Positions 19,943-29,501 of a stretch of DNA of 59,310 nucleotides are shown here, in pieces. The DNA lies in the IMG/VR virus record IMGVR_UViG_3300009161_000051, positions 1-59,310 of that record; one strand, given 5' to 3'. Position 1 is the stretch's first letter. Every line of letters starts with the position of its first letter. Position numbers and translations under genes: made by a program. The notes beneath the pieces are model-generated. The model made no database searches and was not told the origin of the DNA. It worked only from the letters and a program-made list of their open reading frames with translations. This stretch comes from a virus (lineage: Duplodnaviria; Caudoviricetes).

Positions 19943-22336
19943 ATGGTTGATCCTGTCCAATTGCAAGAACCAGATGAAGTTTTTTCTCTGTCTAGTCCTA
20001 AGCAGCAAACTGCTCCATCTCTTGCTATGCCAGATGAAGAATTTGTTTTGTCTCCCAGCAAAGCAGCACAGCCACAACCTCAAACCCAATTGTCACCTGC
20101 TGAAGCGGAACACGCTGCACGGGTTCAAGCTATGCGTTCAAAAGCAGCGGAACAGGTTGGTAAGGAAAGTTTTGTTCCGGCAATGACGCCTGACATATAT
20201 AACTTTCCTATCATTGGCGCACCGATTGAAAAAGGTCTGGCTTATGCGGGTGCTGCTCTTGGCGCGGGAGAAGGCGACACTGTAGAGGAAAGATACAGAA
20301 ACCAAATTGCTCTTGAAGAAGCCAAGAGAGCAGAAAGACAAAAACAAAGTCCGACCGCATCCAAATTTGCTACTGCTCAAGAAATTGCAACTGGCGTTGT
20401 TGCTCTTCCTGAAATTGGAATTGAAGCAGGGCTAGTAAAATTGGGATCGGCTTTTCCTAAGATTGCGACAATCTTTGGCAGAACAGCAGAGTCTTTAGTT
20501 TATGGTGGTGCTGATGCAGCCTCCAAAGCACCCCCCGGCGCAACAACTGAAGACATGGTGGCAAGAGCAAAAGAATCAGTTGTTCCATCCTTGATAGGCG
20601 TTGCAGCATCTCCTTTGGTTCAAAAAGGATTTAATATTGTAGCAAACAAATTTGGTCGTACTGCTGTTGATTCTGCTGGAAATTTAACGCCAAAAGCAAT
20701 TTTAGCTGCAAAAGAAGCGGGTTTGGATGACAATGCAATTGCTGACCTGAAGGATTTGCTTGTTGAGCAATTTACAAGCAAAGGCGTAACTCCAGCAGCA
20801 GCCAGAGAAGCGCAGTTTGCTGAATTTGGCGTCAAACCAACACTTGGGCAAGCGACACAAGATGTTGCCCAAATTGGCAAAGAATCTAAAATACCAATAG
20901 AAGATTTTAGAGCATCTCAAATTGATGCAGTCAGTGAAGCTGAAAAGAAATTGATTGGTTCACCATATGTAGGTGAGGCGGGTGAAATTCCAACACAGGC
21001 CGCTATCGATGCCCAAAAAGCATTAGCAGCAGGTGCTGGAAAAGCTAAGGGAGCCGCTGAAAAGAAATATGAAGAATTTGGTAAATCCAGTGGGCTTCTT
21101 GCTCCTCAAGGATTAGCTGATTTTTCATTTAAAGTTAAAGATGCAATTCCATTTGAATTGCGTCCCAGAAAAAATATGCATCCTATTTCTTCAGACGCTT
21201 TAAACATCATTTCTGATGAAATTGATGCTATTGGTGCAAAAGCATTGGCAATAGGCCCACAAATGCCAAATCCCATATCAACTTTGCAGCATTTAGAAAA
21301 CGTCAGGAAGCTCTTAAATCAAAATTACATAGCTGCTAAACAAAGTGGTGAGCTTGGTAATTATTCTGCTGTTATCAATTCATTTGATAATGAAGTTGAA
21401 AAATTGGTTAATAGTTTGCATTTCTCTGGCGATCCAGATGCACCAAAACTGATCAAAGAAGCTCGGCAGTTGTGGTCGCAATATAAAAAGACTTATGGCG
21501 TCCGTCATGGAAAAGATGACGCCGGAAAAATGATTGACAATCTAGTCAATGAAACAAAAAATCCTGCTGATTTGGTAAATGCGTTATTTAATATTTCTGC
21601 ATCTGGCGGTGCTAGGGGAAGCACGGAACGTCTTTATAACCGCATTCAGAACGCAATTGGTAAATCAAATCCTGAAGTTATTTCTGCAATCAATGCCGGA
21701 TTAAAGGCAAAACTTCTTGCCCCTAAAACTTCCGACAGAATTGCTTCTTTTAAAGAAGTAGCGGACAGAATTGAAAAAATGACACAAGGGCCGCAAAGCA
21801 TTTTGTTAAAAAAAATAATGTCTCCAGAGGAATTCCGCCAAATACAAAGGTATGGCAAAGTTTCTCGGATGCTATCAACAAAAGGCGTAGTTCCGTCAAA
21901 CGCTACTATAATGAGGACATTGACCAGTTATGGTTTGAAAGGTGCTGCAATTGCAATTGGAGCATTACATGGCCCAGTCTCGGCTCTTGTTGCTCCATTT
22001 GTTGAACATTTGGCTGAAAAAGGCGTATCAAATCTTTTACAGAAAAATGCAATTAAACAAGCAACTAAAGGTGCGCCGTACGTTAAAAATGTTGCACCGC
22101 CTAAAGCTGGCAGGGCAGGTTCAAAAATACCCGCTTTGTATGAAGAATCGGTAGACAGTCGAGAAGGTAGAGCTTCCGGCGGTCGCATTAGTATGGCTGC
22201 TGATCGTTTGGTGCGTGAAGCTATGAAAAACCAAAGGATGATTGGTAACCATACCGAACAGATGCTATCCATGCCAGATGATGCTATTGTCAGCGCACTT
22301 GATGTTGCTAAGAAGACCCTCGGAGGAGCCATATAA
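19943..22336 (+). CDS. Internal virion / ejection protein
   Basis: 797 aa helical Ala-rich; follows the ejection protein; C-terminal RASGGRI and DAIVSALDVAKK motifs. Confidence 0.6.
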   Translation: MVDPVQLQEPDEVFSLSSPKQQTAPSLAMPDEEFVLSPSKAAQPQPQTQLSPAEAEHAARVQAMRSKAAEQVGKESFVPAMTPDIYNFPIIGAPIEKGLAYAGAALGAGEGDTVEERYRNQIALEEAKRAERQKQSPTASKFATAQEIATGVVALPEIGIEAGLVKLGSAFPKIATIFGRTAESLVYGGADAASKAPPGATTEDMVARAKESVVPSLIGVAASPLVQKGFNIVANKFGRTAVDSAGNLTPKAILAAKEAGLDDNAIADLKDLLVEQFTSKGVTPAAAREAQFAEFGVKPTLGQATQDVAQIGKESKIPIEDFRASQIDAVSEAEKKLIGSPYVGEAGEIPTQAAIDAQKALAAGAGKAKGAAEKKYEEFGKSSGLLAPQGLADFSFKVKDAIPFELRPRKNMHPISSDALNIISDEIDAIGAKALAIGPQMPNPISTLQHLENVRKLLNQNYIAAKQSGELGNYSAVINSFDNEVEKLVNSLHFSGDPDAPKLIKEARQLWSQYKKTYGVRHGKDDAGKMIDNLVNETKNPADLVNALFNISASGGARGSTERLYNRIQNAIGKSNPEVISAINAGLKAKLLAPKTSDRIASFKEVADRIEKMTQGPQSILLKKIMSPEEFRQIQRYGKVSRMLSTKGVVPSNATIMRTLTSYGLKGAAIAIGALHGPVSALVAPFVEHLAEKGVSNLLQKNAIKQATKGAPYVKNVAPPKAGRAGSKIPALYEESVDSREGRASGGRISMAADRLVREAMKNQRMIGNHTEQMLSMPDDAIVSALDVAKKTLGGAI

Positions 22337-22947
22337 TGACCACCTATACCGTCAACAAATACATCGCAAAGCCAGCAAATGGTGGTTTTCCAAATGCTTG
22401 GGATGTTCCTGTAAACAGCGACTGGGACATTATTGACAAAGCTTTTGGTTCTGAAGTTACAAAAGCACTTGTTGGCAACACAGCTACTGTAACTCTTACT
22501 CAAGCACAAAACCAACGCATCCTACTGACGGGCGTTCTTACTGCGGCAGGAACCGTCACAATCCCGTATCAAGACGGAAGTGTTATAACGGCTGTCGGCG
22601 GTATGTGGGTTGTGAACAATGAAACTACTGGCGTTGATGGCTCTGGTGCGGCATGGCCTGTGACCGTCAAAACGGTAGTTGCGGGTAGCGTTGGTGTTGT
22701 TGTAGAACGTGACAAGCGGTCGCTTGTTTACTCTGATGGGACAGATGTGTTGTTTGCCGATGACCGTGCTGGCGGCGGCGGTGCAACTGGCGGCGGCGAC
22801 GATGCGATCTTCTATGAGAACGATCTTGTTGTCACAGTGGACTATTCAATTCCCGCCACAAAGAACGCAATGACAGCAGGGCCGATTAGCGTAGACCCCG
22901 GCATCACTGTAACAATCCCTGCTACATCAACGTGGACAATTGTCTAA
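22336..22947 (+). CDS. Virion structural (fibre-attachment-like) protein
   Basis: KPANG...WDVPVNSDWDIIDKAFG; C-terminal NAMTAGPI...TWTIV. Confidence 0.55.
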   Translation: MTTYTVNKYIAKPANGGFPNAWDVPVNSDWDIIDKAFGSEVTKALVGNTATVTLTQAQNQRILLTGVLTAAGTVTIPYQDGSVITAVGGMWVVNNETTGVDGSGAAWPVTVKTVVAGSVGVVVERDKRSLVYSDGTDVLFADDRAGGGGATGGGDDAIFYENDLVVTVDYSIPATKNAMTAGPISVDPGITVTIPATSTWTIV

Positions 22948-22950
22948 CAC

Positions 22951-23307
22951 CTAACGCAACACGACCGTCCCATCCATTTTCTTTTTCCAACGAGATTTTT
23001 TACCACATGGGAGCGGTGATTTTGATTGCTTCAAGCCAAGACTGGATGCCTTAACCCGTTTGGCTTTAGCAGCCATAGAGTGGTCCTGTTTTGTTTTCTC
23101 TCCTGCACAACCTTTGCAGGTGAGACGTATATTATCATCATTATCGGTTCCGCCTAACTCTAAAGCGCGGACATGTTCAAAAATGAATCCACCCGTAAAT
23201 AGCTTCATGGAACAGATCATGCATTTGCCTTGCTCACGTTCCCAGATTGATAATTTGCGCCGAACGGAAAGGTTCCCGCGCTTTGTTGTTCCCATATCCT
23301 CAATCAT
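22951..23307 (-). CDS. HNH endonuclease
   Basis: CMIC...EHVRALELGG.D.DDNIRLTCKGC...KT. Confidence 0.8.
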   Translation of the reverse strand: MIEDMGTTKRGNLSVRRKLSIWEREQGKCMICSMKLFTGGFIFEHVRALELGGTDNDDNIRLTCKGCAGEKTKQDHSMAAKAKRVKASSLGLKQSKSPLPCGKKSRWKKKMDGTVVLR

Positions 23308-23783
23308 GCCGTGCCTTTTGATTTAGGGAAAATGACATGTTCAAGAGGACACAGATACATCTCTTCAAAGTTCCCTGTGTTTGGCATTAACAAATTCTCA
23401 ACAAACCAATGCGGTTTGGTATCCCAATAAATTATTCCTATGTGTGTCATTACACTATTAACAAAAATGTATGCCAAAGGTGTTGGAGAAGCTCTATCTA
23501 TTGATTTTTTACTGGCTACGATTGCTCTTTTGAAGGGAAAATCCTCGCGACAGGTAAACATATTTTTCTTCATATGTTTGACCTCAACACGACCGTTATT
23601 TCTGCCTTCAATAATAATGTCTCCGTTGTCTACATAAGACATATGCTCTGATGCCGTAGGAGCGTATTTGTATGCAGGTATGGAAACTGAATAACCGTTC
23701 CGATGAAGATATTCCGCAACCTTAAACACAGCGGGTCGAGAGCCATCAACTCGTTTCAGAAAACTTTGGTGTTGTTCACTCAT
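23304..23783 (-). CDS. Hypothetical protein, possible PD-(D/E)xK nuclease fold
   Basis: DNGDII...RVEVKH. Confidence 0.45.
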   Translation of the reverse strand: MSEQHQSFLKRVDGSRPAVFKVAEYLHRNGYSVSIPAYKYAPTASEHMSYVDNGDIIIEGRNNGRVEVKHMKKNMFTCREDFPFKRAIVASKKSIDRASPTPLAYIFVNSVMTHIGIIYWDTKPHWFVENLLMPNTGNFEEMYLCPLEHVIFPKSKGTA

Positions 23784-24118
23784 CTAAAGCTGTTACCTGC
23801 TCTTTGATTAGCTTGTTCAGAACGCCACGCCTCTATGACGGCATCGCACCGATTGCGTTCAGCACGTTCATATTCATCCTGCCTGATGGCGTCTACTTCT
23901 ACATCGACAGCATTGGCGTATAGCTGATGAGCTTCTGCCCATGCCTCTCGCAGGGTGGCAGATTTCTCGTCAGATTGGAGGATCAGGTTTGCCCTGATCC
24001 TCTTGCGCTGATGTTCAGCCCTGACGCGCATAGCTCTAGCTTCTGAAAGCGTTGCTGATGATGTAGCAAGATGGTTCAAAGCACCTTCCATCATGTCGTC
24101 AGTAATGAACTTAGTCAT
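23780..24118 (-). CDS. Helical hypothetical protein (UvsY-like mediator possible)
   Basis: SATLREAWA...IEAWRSEQANQR; within the recombination operon. Confidence 0.4.
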   Translation of the reverse strand: MTKFITDDMMEGALNHLATSSATLSEARAMRVRAEHQRKRIRANLILQSDEKSATLREAWAEAHQLYANAVDVEVDAIRQDEYERAERNRCDAVIEAWRSEQANQRAGNSFR

Positions 24119-24329
24119 CTTCATAAGCTCCAAAATTAGGATCAAACGGGGCAAGTGTTACCCAACATTCTCCCTGTGAATTTACCAGTGGCAGTGCCTC
24201 AAAACAAACATTGATGACTTCATTCTTACGCAAGAACGCTTTGCCAATTTTTGTTTTTCTAGTGCTACCATGCTTATCCATCCGATAGGTCAAAGCTACC
24301 CACTCTGTGACATTTTCATTTTTCATCAA
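24111..24329 (-). CDS. Hypothetical protein
   Basis: KTKIGKAF...FEALP; overlaps both neighbours. Confidence 0.5.
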   Translation of the reverse strand: MMKNENVTEWVALTYRMDKHGSTRKTKIGKAFLRKNEVINVCFEALPLVNSQGECWVTLAPFDPNFGAYEDD

Positions 24330-24613
24330 AATGGAATTTCATCATCAGTAAAAGGTAGAGCGACAGGTGCAGATTTTGCTCTGCTGAGTGAAGACGTTCC
24401 TAAAGAAACAGGTTCAGATGTAGATTGCCGAGCTTCTTTTGCTTTTAAAGTTACATTCCAAAATTCACCGTTTGAACCATTTTTTGTAAAAACATTTATC
24501 CAATATTCTACACCTGAAACCTTAACGGTTCCTGTATAATCAGCATGATTTGGCATAGTCTTTTTTTGATTAACATTAAAAGAACCGCCATCGCCTTGTT
24601 GCTCGTAAGCCAT
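24326..24613 (-). CDS. Single-stranded DNA-binding protein (small, DUF736-like)
   Basis: NHADYTGTVKVSGVEYWI; acidic DDEIPF tail. Confidence 0.7.
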   Translation of the reverse strand: MAYEQQGDGGSFNVNQKKTMPNHADYTGTVKVSGVEYWINVFTKNGSNGEFWNVTLKAKEARQSTSEPVSLGTSSLSRAKSAPVALPFTDDEIPF

Positions 24614-25287
24614 TATTTTTGATCCTTGCTTAATGCTGAAACACGGGTTTCACACATTCCCTTGATATTATCATAACTGCTAGTTCCGGGAGTTATACCA
24701 TATGTAACACGGTTTGTAGCTTCCTGTTTCCAAAACTCGCGCACCTGTTCAGCCGTTTCAGCCATCCCGATAGCTGTAGTTTGAATCTGAACATAAAGAG
24801 CAAGGTCTTCATCCGTAATCTTGAACTCGCTCTTTGTAACAATTGGCTTAACCTTCTGCACCTCAACCAATGGTTGCGCCTCAGTGGCCTCTGGATCGTC
24901 TCCAGTCTCAATCTGGAACAGTTTAAACAGCAGGTATTTATTGGCCCCTGTAATGGCTTTATAAAGCCCCTTGTCGCCAATACCGTTCTTGTTGCGGTCA
25001 TTGCCACAACCTGCCGCCATAATCTTGTCAGGCCACGTCTCTCCGCTTTCATGGACAAGTGTGTATGCAATCATAACGGTCGTGTTGCCATGATCGTCAA
25101 TCTTGCCAACATCCATGACTGAAGGAATCAACATCAATCCTTCCTCAATCATTGCAGGTCGCAGTTTGTCCAACAATGCGGCTTCACTTGCGTATTTGTA
25201 ACCGTGAAACTTGTTCTCACTGCTCTTTTGAACGTAACCAACTTTAGTCATTACGTTATGCAGTGCCTTTGCTATCTTCATGCTCAT
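24613..25287 (-). CDS. erf: ERF-family single-strand annealing recombinase
   Basis: N.FHGYKYAS...LVHESGE...DKGLYKAITGANKYLLFKLFQIETGDDPE. Confidence 0.85.
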   Translation of the reverse strand: MSMKIAKALHNVMTKVGYVQKSSENKFHGYKYASEAALLDKLRPAMIEEGLMLIPSVMDVGKIDDHGNTTVMIAYTLVHESGETWPDKIMAAGCGNDRNKNGIGDKGLYKAITGANKYLLFKLFQIETGDDPEATEAQPLVEVQKVKPIVTKSEFKITDEDLALYVQIQTTAIGMAETAEQVREFWKQEATNRVTYGITPGTSSYDNIKGMCETRVSALSKDQK

Positions 25288-25288
25288 T

Positions 25289-25774
25289 TTATTGCCTTAT
25301 CATTAATGATGTGCCGCCATTGGACATGACACATCCTGCTACATCCATTTTTTGAAGCATTTCTTTTATCAGTGTTTTGTTTGGCTCCTTTTTAATTTTC
25401 ATAAAATCATCTGGGATGACTGATTCATCCAAAATCACAACTGAAGGCGGCTTATTGATTACAGAAACGGTTCCTGTCGCAAACTCCATCTTCTTAACGT
25501 CTGCAATCTCCATGAGCTTCTTAATTAACTCACGACCAAACTCAACACGCTTGTCAAACCTGCTTTTACGTTCTCGGATGCCGCGCAACTTCAATTCTGC
25601 AACTTCTGACAATGCGGATGCATCTTGAATCTTCAACAACATTGATTCAATCACTTCATTAAACTTTGTCGATCCTTCCAACATGTCTTTGCGGAGGTCT
25701 TCATCGTCTTTTAATTCTGGGTACGATTCCAAGAGATTGTTAATCGTCTGTTCCAAAACCATAACATTAAACAT
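25289..25774 (-). CDS. Gp157-like protein
   Basis: PPSVVILDESVIPDDFMK..EPNKTLIK...G; adjacent to ERF. Confidence 0.8.
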   Translation of the reverse strand: MFNVMVLEQTINNLLESYPELKDDEDLRKDMLEGSTKFNEVIESMLLKIQDASALSEVAELKLRGIRERKSRFDKRVEFGRELIKKLMEIADVKKMEFATGTVSVINKPPSVVILDESVIPDDFMKIKKEPNKTLIKEMLQKMDVAGCVMSNGGTSLMIRQ

Positions 25775-25967
25775 TCAATTTTTCCTTTTCTATTTTTGCC
25801 CACATTACTAACGTCTTTACAGTTTGTCTCGTTTTGTAGCGATCTAGTTTGTATTTTTGACCGTTCTCAGGGTCTAAAAAAGATAAAACTAAAGATGATC
25901 TGTGAGCAAATCTATGCCATTTCAGAGCTTCAATACATGCAGATAATAGGTGTGTAGTCCGTTGCAT
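25767..25967 (-). CDS. Hypothetical protein
   Basis: GGAG RBS before MQRTTHLL; first gene of the leftward operon. Confidence 0.5.
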   Translation of the reverse strand: MQRTTHLLSACIEALKWHRFAHRSSLVLSFLDPENGQKYKLDRYKTRQTVKTLVMWAKIEKEKLNV

Positions 25968-25987
25968 TTGTTGTTCTCCTTGATCTG

Positions 25988-26084
25988 GTTCTTGCATGAC
26001 GTGAAAATCGTGTCAAGCAATTAAATTTTTCTGGGGTAGGACTTCCATGATCACGTTGACACGGAAGGGTTAAGGAAACATTTA
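25988..26084. promoter_or_regulatory. Divergent sigma70-type promoters
   Basis: Minus: TTGACA(26016-26011)-17-AAGAAC; plus: TTGACA(26056)-17-CATTTA before the HTH gene. Confidence 0.5.
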
Positions 26085-26090
26085 CAACAT

Positions 26091-26294
26091 ATGGAAAAAC
26101 ACCCTCTCCGCGCTTGGCGGCACAAAAATAATGTATTGCTACACGACATGGCTTTGTCGTCGGGCATTTCTATTGCGTCTATATCTAGGGTCGAGAGGTG
26201 GAAACAGCCACCAACACACAGGATGATAGCCGCTATTATGAGAGCGACAGACGGCATGGTCCGGCCTGAAGATTTCTTTGGTGACATCAAGTGA
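26091..26294 (+). CDS. Cro/XRE-type HTH regulator
   Basis: HPLRAWR...MALSSGISIASISRVE...TDGMVRPEDF. Confidence 0.75.
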   Translation: MEKHPLRAWRHKNNVLLHDMALSSGISIASISRVERWKQPPTHRMIAAIMRATDGMVRPEDFFGDIK

Positions 26295-26677
26295 TCCGAG
26301 TAGAAGTCCCCCTAGCTCCAAGCGTTAATCGCCTGTGGAGAGCTACAAAAGGCGGCAAGGTCTATCGGTCGAGCGAGTACACAAACTGGCTGACCGAGGC
26401 CAGTTGGATGATCAAGAGCCAGACCAAAGACAAAATCATTGGGCAATACATTTTGCACATAGCCGCAGTCAAACCTGACAAGAGGCACAGGGATTTGGAC
26501 AATCTCCTGAAGGCAACCTGCGACCTGCTTGTCAAAACAAACATTGTTGAGAGTGATTCTATGTGCCGCGCTCTAGCCGCTGAGTGGGTAGAATTTGGCG
26601 CACCTATGACACTGACCGTATACGGTCTTGAAGAGGAAATTGAAGAATGGAAAATCCCAAAACATATGGTGAATTGA
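26291..26677 (+). CDS. rusA: RusA-family Holliday junction resolvase
   Basis: PSVNRLWR...PDKRHRDLDNLLKATCDLL...ESDS. Confidence 0.9.
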   Translation: MIRVEVPLAPSVNRLWRATKGGKVYRSSEYTNWLTEASWMIKSQTKDKIIGQYILHIAAVKPDKRHRDLDNLLKATCDLLVKTNIVESDSMCRALAAEWVEFGAPMTLTVYGLEEEIEEWKIPKHMVN

Positions 26678-27078
26678 AGGCTCACTATCTAGCCGTCAGT
26701 AAACGCCTAAACGGGGTTACAGGTGGCACGGGTGTTGTTCCTATTGAGCGGGTGTATCGACAATCTGAACAGGCTGATCATCACGTTGCCAGTACGACCT
26801 TTGCCCTTGAGACAGAGATGCCTCATTACAAGTTTATCCGTATGCTCCGGCAGGTAGCGGCAAACCACAATATTGATCCGGCTTTGGTGATGTCCAACTC
26901 AATGGCAAAGAATGTCCTATCTGTAAGGCGTGAAGTCCAATGGAAAGCACGGACAGAACTGAAAATGTCTTACGCCAAGATTGGTCGCATAATGAAACGG
27001 GACCATACGTCTGTTTTGTCCGCAGTAAAAAAGTGGCAAGAGATGCATCCACAAGTCTGTCACGCATCAACTCCATAA
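26647..27078 (+). CDS. Protein with DnaA C-terminal-like HTH
   Basis: MSYAKIGRIMKRDHTSVLSAVKK. Confidence 0.75.
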   Translation: MENPKTYGELKAHYLAVSKRLNGVTGGTGVVPIERVYRQSEQADHHVASTTFALETEMPHYKFIRMLRQVAANHNIDPALVMSNSMAKNVLSVRREVQWKARTELKMSYAKIGRIMKRDHTSVLSAVKKWQEMHPQVCHASTP

Positions 27079-27081
27079 CAG

Positions 27082-27150
27082 TTGACAGCTATCTAGAACT
27101 GTGCAAGAACACTTGGGCAAACAGAGCTACGGCTCAACTCAAGGAGACTA
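27082..27150 (+). promoter_or_regulatory. Diverged copy of the repeated early promoter cassette
   Basis: TTGACA-gctATCTagaACTGTGC-AAGAAC, GAGC-TACG-GCTC hairpin, AAGGAG RBS. Confidence 0.55.
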
Positions 27151-27152
27151 AA

Positions 27153-27368
27153 ATGAGCGTTTCAGATACGATGAGAGATTTGGAGAACTTTGCTAAGGAA
27201 AGTGCCAAGCGTTGTGGAAGCCCAACTTCTGCTTCACAACATAGTTACGCCTACGGTTATATGGTCGGGTTCTTGGAAAATTTTATTCGGGATCAGAGTG
27301 TAGAAGTTCAGAAGAACTTTGAAAATGAAGTTGAAGCTAGAAAAAAATTATATAGTGAGGACGCTTGA
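27153..27368 (+). CDS. Hypothetical protein
   Basis: AAGGAG RBS, MSVSDT start. Confidence 0.55.
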   Translation: MSVSDTMRDLENFAKESAKRCGSPTSASQHSYAYGYMVGFLENFIRDQSVEVQKNFENEVEARKKLYSEDA

Positions 27369-27440
27369 CAGCAATGCCAAGCTCAAGTACTGTCACTTTA
27401 TCGACAACAGCCCAAGGGCAACAAAACAAGGACAACGACC

Positions 27441-27764
27441 ATGACTTTCATTCCTTCCCCCGACCTTTTTGCTCTTTCAATAGAAGACCTGATTGACGAG
27501 GCAGGTAAACTTGATTCTCACGTCAAGGCTCTGACAAAAAATCTCGACCATGCAAAAGCAATTATCAAAGCAAAAATTGGTGAAGAAGCCTTTGGCAACT
27601 CGTACAGGGTGCAGATCACATCATCCCATCGTTGGACGTTGGACCAGACCGCTCTCAAGGAAGAGTTTGGCGAGGATTGGTTTACCTCACGGTCAAAGAT
27701 CACAACCGTCAAAACACTTTTGATCAAGCCGTATGTATCGCTTGGTGAGATCAAGGCAGCATGA
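27441..27764 (+). CDS. Hypothetical protein
   Basis: Own promoter TTGACA(27365)-17-TACTGT and AAGGA RBS. Confidence 0.6.
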   Translation: MTFIPSPDLFALSIEDLIDEAGKLDSHVKALTKNLDHAKAIIKAKIGEEAFGNSYRVQITSSHRWTLDQTALKEEFGEDWFTSRSKITTVKTLLIKPYVSLGEIKAA

Positions 27765-27791
27765 TCCATTATTTTAAAAACAAATTCAAAG

Positions 27792-27818
27792 ACAGGCGGC
27801 TTAAATTGCCGCCTGTTA
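27792..27818 (+). terminator. Hairpin, likely terminator
   Basis: ACAGGCGGC-ttaaatt-GCCGCCTGT. Confidence 0.5.
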
Positions 27819-27888
27819 GAATTTGGATCATTATGAAAAATCCACCAATTATGTCATCGCCAAAAATATTAACCATCGTGAGGATAAA

Positions 27889-28188
27889 ATGATCACTGCA
27901 AAAGCAATCCCAAAACCTACCAAAAAAAAGAAGAAGTTACGGGATGAGAACGCACCCAAGAAATTGCGCGGGTTTGCGGCTATGTCTGCTGAAAGAAGGA
28001 AACAGGTTGCTACGTTGGGCGGTTTGTCTGTCCCAAAAGAGAAGCGCACCTTCAGCAACAAAGCTATAGCCATCAAGGCGGGTAAGATCGGCGGCAAGAA
28101 CGTGCCAGATGAGAAGCGGTCGTTCTCGGTGGATCGGGAGCTTGCAAGTCGTGCAGGAACAGCGGCGAGGAGTAAGGTCGATGGCTAA
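27889..28188 (+). CDS. KGG-repeat general stress protein homologue
   Basis: RGFAAMSAERRKQVATLGG..RTFS..AGKIGG..RSFSVDRELASRAG. Confidence 0.75.
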   Translation: MITAKAIPKPTKKKKKLRDENAPKKLRGFAAMSAERRKQVATLGGLSVPKEKRTFSNKAIAIKAGKIGGKNVPDEKRSFSVDRELASRAGTAARSKVDG

Positions 28189-28651
28189 TTACTGGACGAT
28201 GGACGAGAAGGCACTTGCTATTGAATTGTTAAACAAAAATTACTCGGCTCGACAGATTGCGGCTAAATTGAATGGGCGCACCAAGAACAGCGTGATTGGC
28301 GTGTTGAACCGGATGGGGTTACACTGGCCTAGTGCTAAACCAAAATCAAAACGTGAGTCAAAAGATAAGCCAAGGAAGCTCACGCATACGCCTCAGAATG
28401 TGAAGGTCAATATTGAATACAAGAGCATGGTTGATACTGTCTCAAGACCAAGCGGCGGTGTTCCGTATTTTTCTATCAGGAACTTTGAATGCCGTTACAT
28501 CACGTTTCAGGGTGAGAGAATTGAACACACCTTGTTCTGTGGCGATCCGACAAAAGGTATGACAAGTTGGTGTATTAAGCACCATGCAATTGTGTTCAGA
28601 CCAAAGGATACGCCGAGGGGAGCCTACATTGGGAAAGCGGTCGGATTTTGA
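28181..28651 (+). CDS. gcrA: GcrA-family cell-cycle transcription regulator
   Basis: WT...SARQIAAKLNGRTKNSVIGVLNRMGL N-domain; ECRY...FCG.P...SWCIKH C-domain. Confidence 0.85.
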   Translation: MANYWTMDEKALAIELLNKNYSARQIAAKLNGRTKNSVIGVLNRMGLHWPSAKPKSKRESKDKPRKLTHTPQNVKVNIEYKSMVDTVSRPSGGVPYFSIRNFECRYITFQGERIEHTLFCGDPTKGMTSWCIKHHAIVFRPKDTPRGAYIGKAVGF

Positions 28652-29159
28652 ACGGATAGGGTTGGACTTTTATCCGTCACCTTGGTCTGTGATGCCGCCC
28701 CTGATCCCACATTTGACTACAGGTTTTACGTTCTGTGAACCCTGTGCAGGTGCGGGTCACATGATTGATCATCTGGAAAAGATTGGTCTAAAGTGTGTTA
28801 GTCGTTTTGATGTCAACCCACAGCGGAGTGACATTAAAGTGTCAGATGCATCGTTCATAGATGAACAAGACCTCAATAATGCTGATATGATAATAACAAA
28901 TCCACCTTGGGACAGGCCAGTGCTACATCAAATCATAGAGCGATGCAGTCTGCTCAGACCTACGTGGCTGTTGTTTGATGCCGACTGGGCGCACACTAAA
29001 CAGGCTAAAACGCACTTAGAAATCTGCCGGAAGATAATTGCTGTCGGTCGGGTAAAATGGATTGAGGACAGCGCGATGGCAGGTAAAGACAATTGTTGTT
29101 GGCATTTGTTTGATGCCAAAAATAACGGGCCAACTATTTTTTACGGGAGATCACAGTGA
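28629..29159 (+). CDS. DNA amino-methyltransferase (probably N6-adenine)
   Basis: DFYPSP, EPCAGAG (SAM-binding motif), IITNPPW (catalytic motif); TTG start after GAGGGG. Confidence 0.8.
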   Translation: MGKRSDFERIGLDFYPSPWSVMPPLIPHLTTGFTFCEPCAGAGHMIDHLEKIGLKCVSRFDVNPQRSDIKVSDASFIDEQDLNNADMIITNPPWDRPVLHQIIERCSLLRPTWLLFDADWAHTKQAKTHLEICRKIIAVGRVKWIEDSAMAGKDNCCWHLFDAKNNGPTIFYGRSQ

Positions 29160-29347
29160 CAGCGGAAGAATGGACAGCTTTTGTGAAGTTTGCCAAAAAA
29201 GAATATGGGGTGACCAACAGCACATTGGCAAAAGTGTTGGGAATACACAGGGTTTCCGTCAAGACATGGCAGAAGACTGGGACGCCGGACTCCATAGGTT
29301 TGGCGGTGGCGGCAGTTGTTGCCGGATTAGACCCGTGGAAGCCTTGA
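29156..29347 (+). CDS. Small HTH protein
   Basis: TNSTLAKVLGIHRVSVKTWQK. Confidence 0.65.
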   Translation: MTAEEWTAFVKFAKKEYGVTNSTLAKVLGIHRVSVKTWQKTGTPDSIGLAVAAVVAGLDPWKP

Positions 29348-29501
29348 CGCCGTGACGATAAAATGACAAATTGAAATAAGTAAGGGCCACCAGTTTGCAT
29401 CTGATGGCCCTGAAGAGCGGAACAATTGCCCTGTTCCGATGGTATTACATTAGCCATTATACGGCTCTGTAGCTGTCGGATCAACCCTTTGGAGTGATGC
29501 G

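Noticed and set aside
22951-23307. HNH gene as a mobile intron or homing element
   Set aside because: It is the last, translationally coupled gene of the recombination operon and interrupts no gene
25988-26294. Lysogeny switch (cI/cro) and prophage state
   Set aside because: Only a Cro-like HTH is present; no divergent CI with peptidase domain, integrase, partition genes or host flanks were recognised
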